A stretch of 63,954 bases of DNA, filler included, from Basidiobolus ranarum (taxonomy: Eukaryota), in assembly GCA_040143965.1 (NCBI GenBank). It is 3 parts of 3 records of this genome, joined end to end, with 100 filler letters (N's around TTAATTAATTAA, not from the genome) between each part and the next. Parts side by side here need not be neighbours in the genome. Positions count along the whole stretch, not along the records: positions 21,802 to 43,463 come from JASJQH010007074.1; positions 43,564 to 63,954 come from JASJQH010007104.1; 1 more part is not named here. One strand, 5' to 3'. The notes under the pieces were generated by a model. It did no database searches, was not told the DNA's origin, and saw only the letters and a program-made list of their open reading frames with translations. Positions within the stretch are counted from its first letter, which is position 1. Every line of letters begins with the position of its first letter. This document shows positions 35,387-48,669 of the stretch, in pieces. The translations under genes and the position numbers were made by a program.

Positions 35387-36133
35387 TTCCTCTCAGATCT
35401 GTATTTTTCTTCGTTAGCTACTCCTTCGTATTTACTCCTCTGAACCTTTCAAGGAAAGATTCACTTTCTTTATGGTGAATATTTCAGTATCACTAGTCAT
35501 AGTTTTATTCGTGTAAATAAGTTTGCTTCATTCCATACGTTGGTTCACTGCTAATCTAAAGTGTCAATTCAGAAAGTGACTGCTTTGCTATAATAAAATT
35601 TTAGAGATAGGAATAACCGAACCTCAACCACTTTTCCTTATTTGAAAAAACATTTCGTGATACGTCACGAATTGACAAAGCCAAGAGCCAGACCGAAATG
35701 GTGGCGTCAGGCTTTTCTAGTCTCTGAGAAGTATTGCGAATGCTTTCCAAATTATGCAATGTGTATACCCATTATCAGATTTAAGTAATTTTCGTCTCTT
35801 CCGGTTATATATTGAGAGTGTGCTAGATCATCCGGCCCACTTGCGTCATTAAGGTCGACCTGAGGCGCTATTTGACTTGTACGAATTTGATATTTGGTTT
35901 CAAAACTGTAGGTGATAAGTTTGGTCACGCTCTGCATGCCAATATAAAATTACAATTCGAAGTTATATTAAATATTGGCCCTGGTCATTGGCATGAGCGT
36001 TGATACTGAGCATCCAATCAACGGTAAATCGTGACTCTTTATTACGATATTCGAGTGGAATGTATAAATTGTGAAAAATCTATTTGGAAACCGAACTTAC
36101 ACCCAGAAAACCCCACCTTTTAACATAGTAAAT

Positions 36134-38471
36134 ATGGAGAATAGAAGAACTAGCTTACAAAACAGACGTGCTAGTATCGAAAGAAAAACTAGCATTGATA
36201 ATGGAAAGACCGCTTCTTCAAGACATAAGGAACAATACAAGGCCACCACACTTCCCAGATCTTCAGCTGCTGCAAAAGCCAAAAGAATAGCTCAAGATTC
36301 ACACTCAAGAAAGTTACGCCGTGAACAACTGGTTATGGGAAAACGTTTTCGTCATCGTGAAGATACACCCTTAAGCGACCGTGGCGGTAAGTAACTCTTT
36401 TTGTGTGTACATACTTTGTGTTATTTCGGTGTTCTCATCTCTTTACCTCGTGTTACAGAGGCTGAGTATGATCTAACTACAAAAGAACTTGAAAAACTTC
36501 GCGAGCAACTCAATGTATGAGATGATTTCTATTAAACTTGTGTCATTTTTTCATGCTAAATATCTCTCAACAGAGCTCAGACCAAAAAACACGCATAGAA
36601 GCACTCAAAGAGCTGAGCAGTTTTCTTGTAGAGCCTTCCGAGCCGCTGAGCGATTTCGTTTTGGAAGGCGGTGCTGTTGACTTGCTAGAGGTTAATCAAA
36701 TTTTAGATTAAATTTGAAATCTCCATACTTGTCAACAAATATTTCTAATACACCATCAATTATTAGAAATTTTTATCGAGCACTGACTTCGACGAAAGAC
36801 TTCAAGCTACTTGGTGTGTCACCAGTAACTACGAACACTTAATTTTGATATACTCGATCAAGTCATAATCTGATTGTCATTGCCTTTCAGATATCGCCGC
36901 CGGTGCCCCTAATCTATGCTTGAAAGTTCTTTCGACCGTCCCCTATCTGATCTCATACCTCGAAGAGCCTAATATCGTACGTCACTCTTTGCTTATATTT
37001 TTGGACGATGTATCGGTAGTTCACAATCTCAATCCAATATCCCATTTGAAAAGCAATTGCAAGAACAAGCCGCTTGGGCCCTAGGCAATATGGCCGTTGA
37101 AGGCACCGAATTTCGAGAGAGACTGACAGCCAACGGGGCCATTACTCCTCTTGTCAAACTGTTGCAATCTGATGTTCGTATGATTTTCTACCATATCACT
37201 TATATATATACGCCCATTCTAAATCTCATCATATAAATATTAGAACCCAGGCTTAGTCCAAACCGTCTGCTTTGCCCTTTCAAGTTTGGCACGTAACCAC
37301 ACTCGCTTTGAGGAATTCTTCGCCGCTGGGATTTCGGAGCTTCTTTTGCAGCACCTTAAGCATGATAAGGTATGTAATAGAAGTGGGTTGAAACTTTGAA
37401 ACGATCAAAAATTGATCATCATCGATATTGCCGTTAGGTCCCCGACGAGATTTCTGAGATTACATGGGTTTTGACTTACTTGACATCTGGAGACGAGCTT
37501 TATAGCTCCACTCTACTCAAAGATGGCCTTGCTCCCCTCTTGGTAAGCAGTTTCAGAACCAATACCATTTGGTCTGACCAATATTCATGATATCTTTCAG
37601 GTCAAGCATATGCCCATTATGGCAGACAAAGGATCTTTGGCAATTCCTATTATCCGAACGATTGGCAACATTGCCAGTTGCACTGATTGGCACGCAGATA
37701 CTTTGATGCAACAACCCGAGTTTCTTCCGAACTTGGTCCCATACATTAAATCAGAGCTCAGGTTAGATGGAAACCCACATGTTGTGGTGGTGACATGTAT
37801 TTCTTAGCATTGTAGCTGAACTGATCTTTATTTAGAGCCTTAAAAAAAGAGAGTCTCTGGGTCTTGTCCAACATCACCGCTGGGTTAGATATCTCAACAT
37901 GACATTAACAAATCACCATTCTCTAACATACATGTTATTTATAGTACACTAGAGCACGTAACCGCTGTTTTAGACAATGGGTATTTGCCACACTTGCTGG
38001 AAATCGCAACACACAGCAACTTTGATATTCGAAAGGAGGTTAGTGTGAGCCATATCGTTCTGAAGACTTCGTATATTCTAAATAAGTGATTATCACAGGC
38101 GGCCTACAGCATTATCAACATTGCTTCTCATGGATCAAAGTTTGTGGAGCTACTTCCACATGAAGAACTTTTACCAAGTAATTTATTTTTGTGTTCTTTT
38201 TGGCTAAGCAACTCTTTTAACATGACTGCATGCAGAATTCCTGGACTTTGTTCGAACCCAAGACCCGGAAACAATTCGTCTTGGTTTGCATTATGTGGAT
38301 CTTGTTATGCAAGAGGTTCCAAACGGAAAAGCCCTTATTGAGAAATTAAATGGCATCGATGCCCTGGAGTCAGTTTCCTTGATCGAAGATCCAGAATTGA
38401 AGCATCAAGCCGGTCTATTGATGGACAAGTATTACGATGAGAGTGTGGAGGCGGAAAAAGAATTATCCTAA
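36134..38471 (+). CDS. Divergent importin-alpha (ARM repeats, IBB-like N-terminus), multi-exon
   Basis: RKLRREQLVMGKRFR IBB-like segment; ARM W..N motifs LQATWCVT|NIAAG, QEQAAWALGNMA, KKESLWVLSNITAG, FDIRKE|AAYSIINIA. Confidence 0.88.
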
Positions 38472-38767
38472 AACTACTCGCAAGACTGAATACTTTGTAA
38501 AAATCTAAATACGTGTCACCCATTTTTTTCATTGTTTCTACTTGTCTATATGCTCACTACATATGCACTCACTATTTATTGAATCGAATTCCTTCTAAAT
38601 AAAACTAAATAAAAAAATCCCTTACCACATATTTCGAGTGGAATTGAAAAAATCTGACCAACAAATTGGATCTGGGGCTGATAAAAAAAAAGGGGTTCAT
38701 GCGCTCGATGGAGAGTGAAATAAATTTCAGTACAGCGACCATTCGGTTCTTCCTCTCTTAGTGGTAG

Positions 38768-39309
<542 letters not shown>

Positions 39310-39733
39310 GCACCAATCCCGGTATTGCATTATAACGCTTTCACCAGTATTCAACAACTTAATAAACAAAAGATCATGCTTTATTGATATATTTTTGGGC
39401 CCACTTGCATTTATATTCTGTTCTGCTGACAATTCTGGATGGATGCATTGCCTAGTCTTTGCGATTCTTCATGCTGAAAAGGGCATCAGATGCTATGTTA
39501 GTCATCGTATCAATGAAAAGTCAAAATATTGAAGATGAAAATTGATTGGTTTGATATGCTAAGTGAATGCATGTGCCTAAAGAGAGTAGTGATCATGACA
39601 AGTAAACAAAACGAAAAGCTGTCACAGCTTCCACATCAAATCGATTTTGTTATTCCATGGTTTCATCAATACCGTGTTTATCAATATTGTACAGCCTACT
39701 TTGAACTTAAGATCTTTTCAAACGAATGTCAAC

Positions 39734-42700
39734 ATGGAAGAAAGAATCGACGCCCTAATTGATATTTTAGAAACTTGTGAGCAATTTTAAACCTTTATTT
39801 AAGCTAGTGTCAACTAATTGAAAAAACTTTCTAGCTTCGAAAGCAAATTACTCCAGCGCCCAAATAGAACACAGTATATTCACTCTTCACGAATTCACTT
39901 CAAAATATGGTTTAGAAACAAAGCAACTCAAAAAACTGTTGAATATATTGTCAAGTGGAAATCTTGGTAGCTGTTGTTTCTTGATTGTACATTTTCTTAA
40001 CTGTTTGACTCACAGGTATCTCTAGATAATACCAATAGCAAGCATTTAATCAAAACCTTGTTCCCAAGGAGTGTATTTCCTGAAGACGTAGTGATAGAAG
40101 TATTAGGAATGTTGTCAGCCGACGAAGACCTCACCGTAAAGGTTTCACTATATAGAAGTTTTGTGAGAGGTGGATTATATGTTTAGACGCTAAAAATTCG
40201 TAAAATCATCAATACTTTAGCTCAGTCTGATACATTGGATAATTATGGTGTTCGACCAGATCGAATCCAAACTGAAGATAAAAAAACTCTATGGAGTGTT
40301 CTTTCGTCTTTTGGAGCACGACGCATTACGGTTCTTATTTTACTTTGAAATAACTTTGACACTCGCGTACTAATATTCTGTCTGTTAGGCACTCTGTATG
40401 TCATCTTTTGTTCTTGATCACTGGCCGGGAACACGTCAAGTCTTTCCGAGTACATAAATTGTAATATCTCTCATCTATTGAAGGTAGCTAGCTGGCCGAT
40501 CATCATTGACATTGGTCTATATGTAGGATGGACTTATATAACCGTGTGAACTCAGAGCCCGGACTTTGTAGTCTTTTAAAAGTATACAAGGACTATTGTC
40601 CAAATCTATTTAGTCTTCACTTCGACATTCCCAAGGGTGCTTTTAAAGCGCCAGATATAGCCTGGGTTGAATGCTTATCCAACATACATATAAATAGTAG
40701 TGATAGTACCACAGGATATAGTACAGTCGATTTTGGATTCTCTGTAAGTTTATATCTCTATACTGTTGTAAAATCCAACGAAACCATTGTAATATCATTT
40801 GTTGTTTCACAAGATGAACCCAAGCAATGGCAATGTGGGTGACAGCAAACAGTCAATGCCGAGTATCATGTTTATCTAACGATATTATATTCACTAGGGG
40901 CAGACGGGAAGTGACCAGCTTAATAACATCGATAGTCTAGTGCTTGATCTTAGCGTCAAAGATCTTCCGCAACAGTTTACTTCTGTTTTAGATAGTCACC
41001 TTTTACAACTTTTCGTTACAACTCATCCAGACAGTATAGTGTCAATCTCCATATTATTTTCATAGTATGTATACTAAAGTGACTTTCTATAGAGGCTGCC
41101 TTCAAAAGAATCGAAACCTGGGCCTGCGATTACCTAGTGAACTTGGCAATATGGAGAGACCAAAATATTACTACTAAGAATCTTTTTCAAGGATTGTTAA
41201 AGAAAATATGCGATGCACTGGAGATGAATAAGGTACACTGGGGATTTTACTTAGCAATAATGCAGATAATCATGTCAATAACCATCAGATACTTTAACAA
41301 TATCACAGAGTTTATTTTACGGTTTTGAGGGCTTCTTGACCAGCTATCTGTGCTATTGGGATGGTAGAGCATGCCAAAAAGAGATATTTACCATGGTCTC
41401 TCATATGCCTCTAAAGCCCTTCAACGGTAAGTCATTGTTCATTATTGGATTTGGCTCTTATTAAACAATTTTCTTCACTTTTCATAGAACTCCACAAAGA
41501 TTTCTTAAATCCTTTGCATAAGCTTTACCTGATTTCATCGGAAGCTTGGAAGGCAAGCGGCTTATTTACTGCAAACTTTATCGATATGAAACTAATGTAA
41601 ATATGTTTTGTTTTACACCAGGCGTCCTTGATTGATTGCTACACTTGCTTGCTCAGAAATTGGTCTCTCGCAGAATGGCCACTTGCTTCTAAATCTGATG
41701 ATAGCCACGTCCGGTAAGTCTTGGTCGTTAAGGAAATTTACACAGGCTGGTTTACAATTTGTAGACCACTTTTTCTTTCATCATTCTTATAATTCACTTT
41801 AAACTTATCAGCTTCGAGCGTATCCAGACAATAAGAGGCTTCGCTGCTTATGTAGAGAAGGTGTTGGTTATTGGCCTTGAGGTATGCTCCTATTTCCATT
41901 ACGAAGAAATTTTATTTCATTCATTGATGGTTAAATCTGTGTCTTTAGGCTGAGAAAAATTCTATTCATCTTTTGCATAAAGTTTTGGAGTTTTACGAGG
42001 AAGTAGGTTCCGTTTCATTTCAATCATATGCGACAATTCTGGAAAATAACACGAGCTATTATCAGATGACGGCGTTCTCTTTGGAATGCGGTGTACCATT
42101 GCTGACCATTCCCAATCGGTATATATTGTGCAGCTCCTTATTCAATATCTCTTTGATGCCAATTTCTCGAATTTGTGGAATTCTAGCCAGGTATTTAGTA
42201 CTGTTGAGATATCCCTTCTACTAACTCAAAAATTGAGTTACTTATTTTTATTATAGATGCAAGTCCTCATATGAATGGCAGAGAAATTTGAAAATCACCA
42301 ATGGGTCCTTTTCGTTAGGATATGAACGAGAACACGTTACTCAGCTCAATATTAACATCATGGATGCGTGTAATTGCCTGTGGAGAGGTCAAGCATTGAA
42401 TTACACAGATCCTAATACTAGTGGATTCGGACTAGATAGGTATGCTCTTTGATAACCTTCTTCTCCATATCCCATCCCATTAACTCTTTATCACCAGTGA
42501 GACTATTCGTGAAATAGAGCATATATGTCAGAATGCTGAGCTTTCCTTGTCTTGTCTATTTGGTTTAACTCAATCCCCAGTATTTTTACCTCTTTCACTT
42601 GAATTTCTGAAAGGATTAGAAAATGAAGCAGGTGTTACAGTACATCATCAAGGCCCCATTAGCTCCGCTTCATTAAGAATACTCCGACAACAGGTAACTA

Positions 42701-42918
42701 TGGATAAGTTCTTTTGATATATTCTTTTAATACCTTTTCTAAATTCGAATTTTACCCAACAGGAAAATTCCATTCAAATAAGTCACTCGAATTTTCGAAT
42801 TCAATATCTGGATCATTTAAATTCTAGGAATTTCACTGGTCTTTATGATTTCCTTTATTCTTCCATGACTTCTCTTATGAAACTAAAATTAGAGCCGGGA
42901 ACTTCACTAATTTCTTAA
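39734..42918 (+). CDS. CENPI: Inner kinetochore protein CENP-I/Mis6/Ctf3, intron-rich
   Basis: LIKTLFP, WIIMVFD, LYGVFF.LL...LR|HSVCHLLFLITGREHVKSFRVHKL, LLKVYKDYCP, YLCYWDG, ISRICGILA, CNCLWR, LYDFLYSSM. Confidence 0.88.
41553..41621 (+). other. Non-canonical GC-AG intron in CENP-I
   Basis: AAG|GCAAGC...ACTAAT...CAG|GCG restores SEAWK-ASLIDCY. Retention hits TAA and there is no nearby GT donor. Confidence 0.8.
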
Positions 42919-43084
42919 TATTCCTTAATGAAAGTTCTATATAAATCAATATCTCTACCCTGGGTAGATTTTCTCTACTATCACTCCTAATTGATTTCAG
43001 AATCTATACCATCTAAAGTATGTGATGGTGTTGCAATTTATACAAGACAAAAAATCATAGAATTTCATATATTTATGCTTACAT

Positions 43085-43145
43085 TGTTGAAATCACCATA
43101 GCCTAAACATCAATATAGTTACATCCAGCTTAGTATTTAGTTATT
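43085..43145 (+). mobile_element. Diverged second copy of the copia LTR 5' end
   Basis: tgttgaaatcaccatagcctaaacatcaatatagttacatccagcttagtatttagttatt aligns along its length with 771-832 (tgttgaagttaacattgcctaaagcacctatattgtaatatatagcttagtatttggttatt). Confidence 0.7.
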
Positions 43146-43351
43146 CCGTATTTTACTACAAAAAAGAACTTGGCCATGCTTCATTACAAAAAAGTGCTTT
43201 GGGATACTGATGTAGGAGAAGAAAACAATGCAAAGCTAGCTTAAACCAAAGTTTTACTCCAGGTTAAAAAAGGATAAAGTGCCCTTCAGATGCATTGTCT
43301 TAATGTTAAAGCCAAATTGCTAATACAATGTCCTGGAGCTAAACCAGCTAA

Positions 43352-43463
43352 GTGTTAAAGTATTTGGGAGCCTGTTGGAAGTGGTTTGGAGACTTAGAGG
43401 AATTGGTGGTTTTCACTTATTGATTTATTGAGTAGAAAGTTGACATTTATAGTTTTGTCAAGA
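43352..43463 (+). repeat. Dispersed repeat / probable LTR start, cut by the contig end
   Basis: Starts TGTTAAAG at 43353; reverse-complement match to 1009-1121; CpG-free. Confidence 0.85.
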
Positions 43464-43563
43464 NNNNNNNNNNNNNNNNNNNNNNNNNNNNNNNNNNNNN
43501 NNNNNNNTTAATTAATTAANNNNNNNNNNNNNNNNNNNNNNNNNNNNNNNNNNNNNNNNNNNN
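43464..43563. other. Artificial contig spacer (44 N + TTAATTAATTAA + 44 N)
   Basis: Same linker as 21702-21801. Confidence 0.97.
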
Positions 43564-44263
43564 TGCAATGTATGGTGAAGATACATTTTTGAAGATGGTT
43601 TGCCCAACTGCATGCCCATTATTGCAGCTGGGTGTTGAAGTTTTCCAATGGTTGGGAAGAGTTCTCTTGTACTTGCATATTGTTGATCTTAAATCCAGGA
43701 TTCTTCTTTGGACAGGTTCTTGCTACATGTCCAGGAGCTCCACAATAGAGGCAGAGATTCTCTTGTTGGTATCAATATTTCTCCTCAGGGCTAAGCTTTC
43801 TGAAGCAAGTTCCATCAATTTGCATTGGGTCATCAGCTTGAGCTGTATTATGTGTTTGATGAAAGGTGGGTCTGAAAGTAGATGGTGAAGGAGAGAAGAA
43901 AGGAACCATATTTCTTTGTTGTTGTCTTTCAAACAACCAGTTGTCACATTTAACTGCCTGGTGGATAGCATCAGTCAAGGTCACTGGGTCAGCCATAGTG
44001 AGTAAAAGATCCTTAATATTTTCTCAGAGTCCATATTGGAACTGGTTGATCAGGGCAGAATCTCCCCAATTAGATCATAGGCAAGAAGGCAAAATTCTGC
44101 AGCATAAGTTGATGCAGGTTTTGACCCTTGTTTAAGTGCATGGAACTTGGTGGCTGAAGTTCTTTCTTTAGCTGCATTTCCAAATGTAGCCTCTAGCTCA
44201 GCAAGAAAGGCAAGGAAGTTTGAAAGAAGTGGAGATTGACTTTTCATCAAAGAAGCAAACCAA
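43564..44263 (-). mobile_element. Degenerate Ty3/gypsy gag (capsid + CCHC zinc knuckle)
   Basis: WFASLMKSQSPLLSNFLAFLAELEATFG...LKQGSKPASTYAAEF, DPMQID, then EEKY*YQQENLCLYCGAPGHVARTC (CX2CX4HX4C at 43712-43753). Has frameshifts and stops, and no CpG. Confidence 0.92.
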
Positions 44264-44267
44264 GGTT

Positions 44268-45984
<1,717 letters not shown>

Positions 45985-46084
45985 ATATAGCTCAACATAT
46001 ATGTCTAATTACCAGCATCCTATTTATTCTCTTCATTAATGTATCCCCATCGCCCTCTTTGAGTTCTATTTTTTACTATCATCT

Positions 46085-47400
46085 TAGCTTCGCCCTCGAC
46101 CCCGTCTACTCATCTTATTTAAATATCGTCCAGGGCCGAGTTGAGACGACAATTGTTTACCAGGCATGTTACCACACCTCCGGAGCTACTGGCGGTGTTG
46201 ACTGATGGCTTTTCGTGATGACGCTTGCCTTTCTCTGATGATGCTTTACCTACATAAGTTGTGTCACCCAGCTATAAAGAAGGTTCCAAGAAGCCCATGA
46301 TTGGCTAAGCGACTCTGTCTTTTGCCTTCACTGCACAGACCTTCTTGCCCTTATTTCAGCACGTGTTCGAAGCATCAGTTGGCATTTCCAAGGCATCACC
46401 ATTCCCTACTTTTTTTTGGTATTATCAGATTGAGTTTCGTACGATTCTCATGATTGTTTTATGTATGTATAATATTACGCTTGAGCTTCTCAAAGATTTC
46501 CGAATCTGTATGTTGGTCATATTGTTTTCCCAACTCGCATTGCCATCATCATCCAAAATCACTGAACCATAAAAGCTCCAAATAGAACATCTTCACGGTG
46601 TATCACTTCCATACGTGTCCTTGGCCAACATTCTCATATACTCAGATTAATTGATATCTTGTAATTCCACTATTATACCTGCGTGTTGTCTATTCTCACG
46701 CACACTCCATTCAAGTTGGGTGTCACAGAATACTTGTTCCAAGAGATCGGTCGTAGTGAAAGATCAATTCCTGGGTTTTGGGCCATCCGTGTGAATTGGT
46801 TTGTAGTACGTTTCAAACCACACAAGGATTGCTAATGATTAGGAGAAAAGGGTGTAGAGGATGTACAAGTAATTCAGGTAATTCTTTTCACGAATATTAA
46901 CCAAAAATGGCTCAATGAGGGAGCTCAAGGTGGCTTTTTAGTGTTCCCTAACGTTAAACATACCCAACTGCGTGATATAATTCTCGATGATTTCGCTTGA
47001 AGTCTTCTTAGTTCTCTTCGATACATAATATATCGTTGCTTGTCTCTTGTGACAGAATATATAGTGGTATTAAGTTCTTGCTCTTTCTTGACACGAAGCA
47101 AATTCAATCTGAATCCTATGCCTTGAGCTTGTGAGATTAACTCAATGGTGAACAGAGCGATCAAACTTTGAGCAAGTTCCGAGAACTCTATTTGACAAAA
47201 TAGGTTAGAAAACTTCCACTCCATCACTCCTTGTTGTGCTTTCCTTTAAGCTTATAAGCGTACCTCTTATTGATTGTTATCCACGTAAGTATATAAAATT
47301 CTGAATAGTGTTAGTAGCAGAGTGTTGACAACAGAAAGGACATAGAAGAAACTAATCGGTTCTGTAAGAGTATAATCGAGTTACAAATATATATACGATT
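46085..47400 (-). pseudogene. Possible decayed multi-exon gene, unidentified
   Basis: The 46925-47227 ORF can be spliced (GTATGT donor) to an open exon QSLCGLKRTTNQFTRMAQNPG...DNTQ. Further intron-like segments are present, but flanking exons contain stops in every joining I tried. Confidence 0.3.
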
Positions 47401-48669
47401 TGCAGCTTATTTCTCTTATACATTTAGCACTGGCAGATTTTTTCAACAGTTTCTTTGGTCGGACTGGGACTCTTTATTTCATGAATTGACCCCTACTTGA
47501 TATCATGAGCTGGCTCTCAAGCAGCATCGCTTACATAAAGTACCAAGTGCCGATACTTGATTGATTGGTCGAATCAGGCGAAACAATCCAAATTTGAATT
47601 TCTCTGTCACAGCCAACTCAAATAATGAGCATAGTCACGTGGTATTGGAATCTATTGGATGATACACTAAGCTCATGATTCTGACAAGCCACCGCTTGCA
47701 TTGAAGATGGAGAAGCGGGCGAAAGAACAATGTAAACCAGGTTACACTCATATGAGGATTAAACTCCCCTACATTGGATTCTGTCGGCGAATGCACCAGA
47801 TGAATCTACGCTTTATGGATGCAGACGACCATACTTTGTTAACGGGGTATTGACTCGGGCATTCTTACCCGGTCAATGCAGGTCTCAGCTCAGGATATCA
47901 TAAATTGATGGTTGGGGTGGAATTGATTAATGTCCAGCGGAGTTGCTTGCACACCAACGAAGATTCAATTTAATATTCAATAATTGGGCAACTAATCTTG
48001 GAGTACTGTCACACCATTCACCCTATCTTGACTGGCGAATGATGCGGTCAATGGGGGGAGGGAGGTGCGATCCAGATCAACCTTAAACATCCAGTGTTGG
48101 GTGGGATGAATGAAAACAAATGGATCCGTGGAGCCTGAGAGTGTTGTTTACGTTTGTTCTGTCGAGTTGTTTCTATTTAATTACTGATTTTAACTTCCCA
48201 CTCCTACATACAGAAAGGCCGAATCCTTTGACTCCGGATTTACCGGATCGTGACATTTTTGGTTATTACCCATCTTGATTTTGGTTTAGAACTTACCCTG
48301 CGAGAAGCTTTATAATTTGTGTTTAAGAAGTCAAAATCTCCTTTACTTGTTCTTGGTTTTTGTAAGCCTATTCACGCCACCCCTATACTCTCTGAAAGAG
48401 CTTTGTAGCCAAGAGTATACATACACTCATTATTTCTTTCTTCTCAACCTTTGTATTGAAGTTTCCCTTCTGTTTCTACCTCCCCTTCACTTTATATAGA
48501 CTCTTTACCCCTCTCCTATTCGCTCACTCACTATTGTTTATACCTGTGAGAGGAAGGTACTCTACAACTTTCAACTTCCAAAACATACCAAGGATTGTTG
48601 AAGTATCTACTGTACACTAAGCCCCCTCCATATAATAATATTCCCTCTTACGTCCCTCTGGTGTAAGCA

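Noticed and set aside
43352-44263. One intact LTR element spanning the second gap
   Set aside because: The spacer is artificial, so the two sides cannot be assumed contiguous.
46590-46600. In-frame TGA near a Cys (TP*RC) suggesting selenocysteine
   Set aside because: It sits in a decayed region with other stops; no selenoprotein similarity or SECIS recognised.
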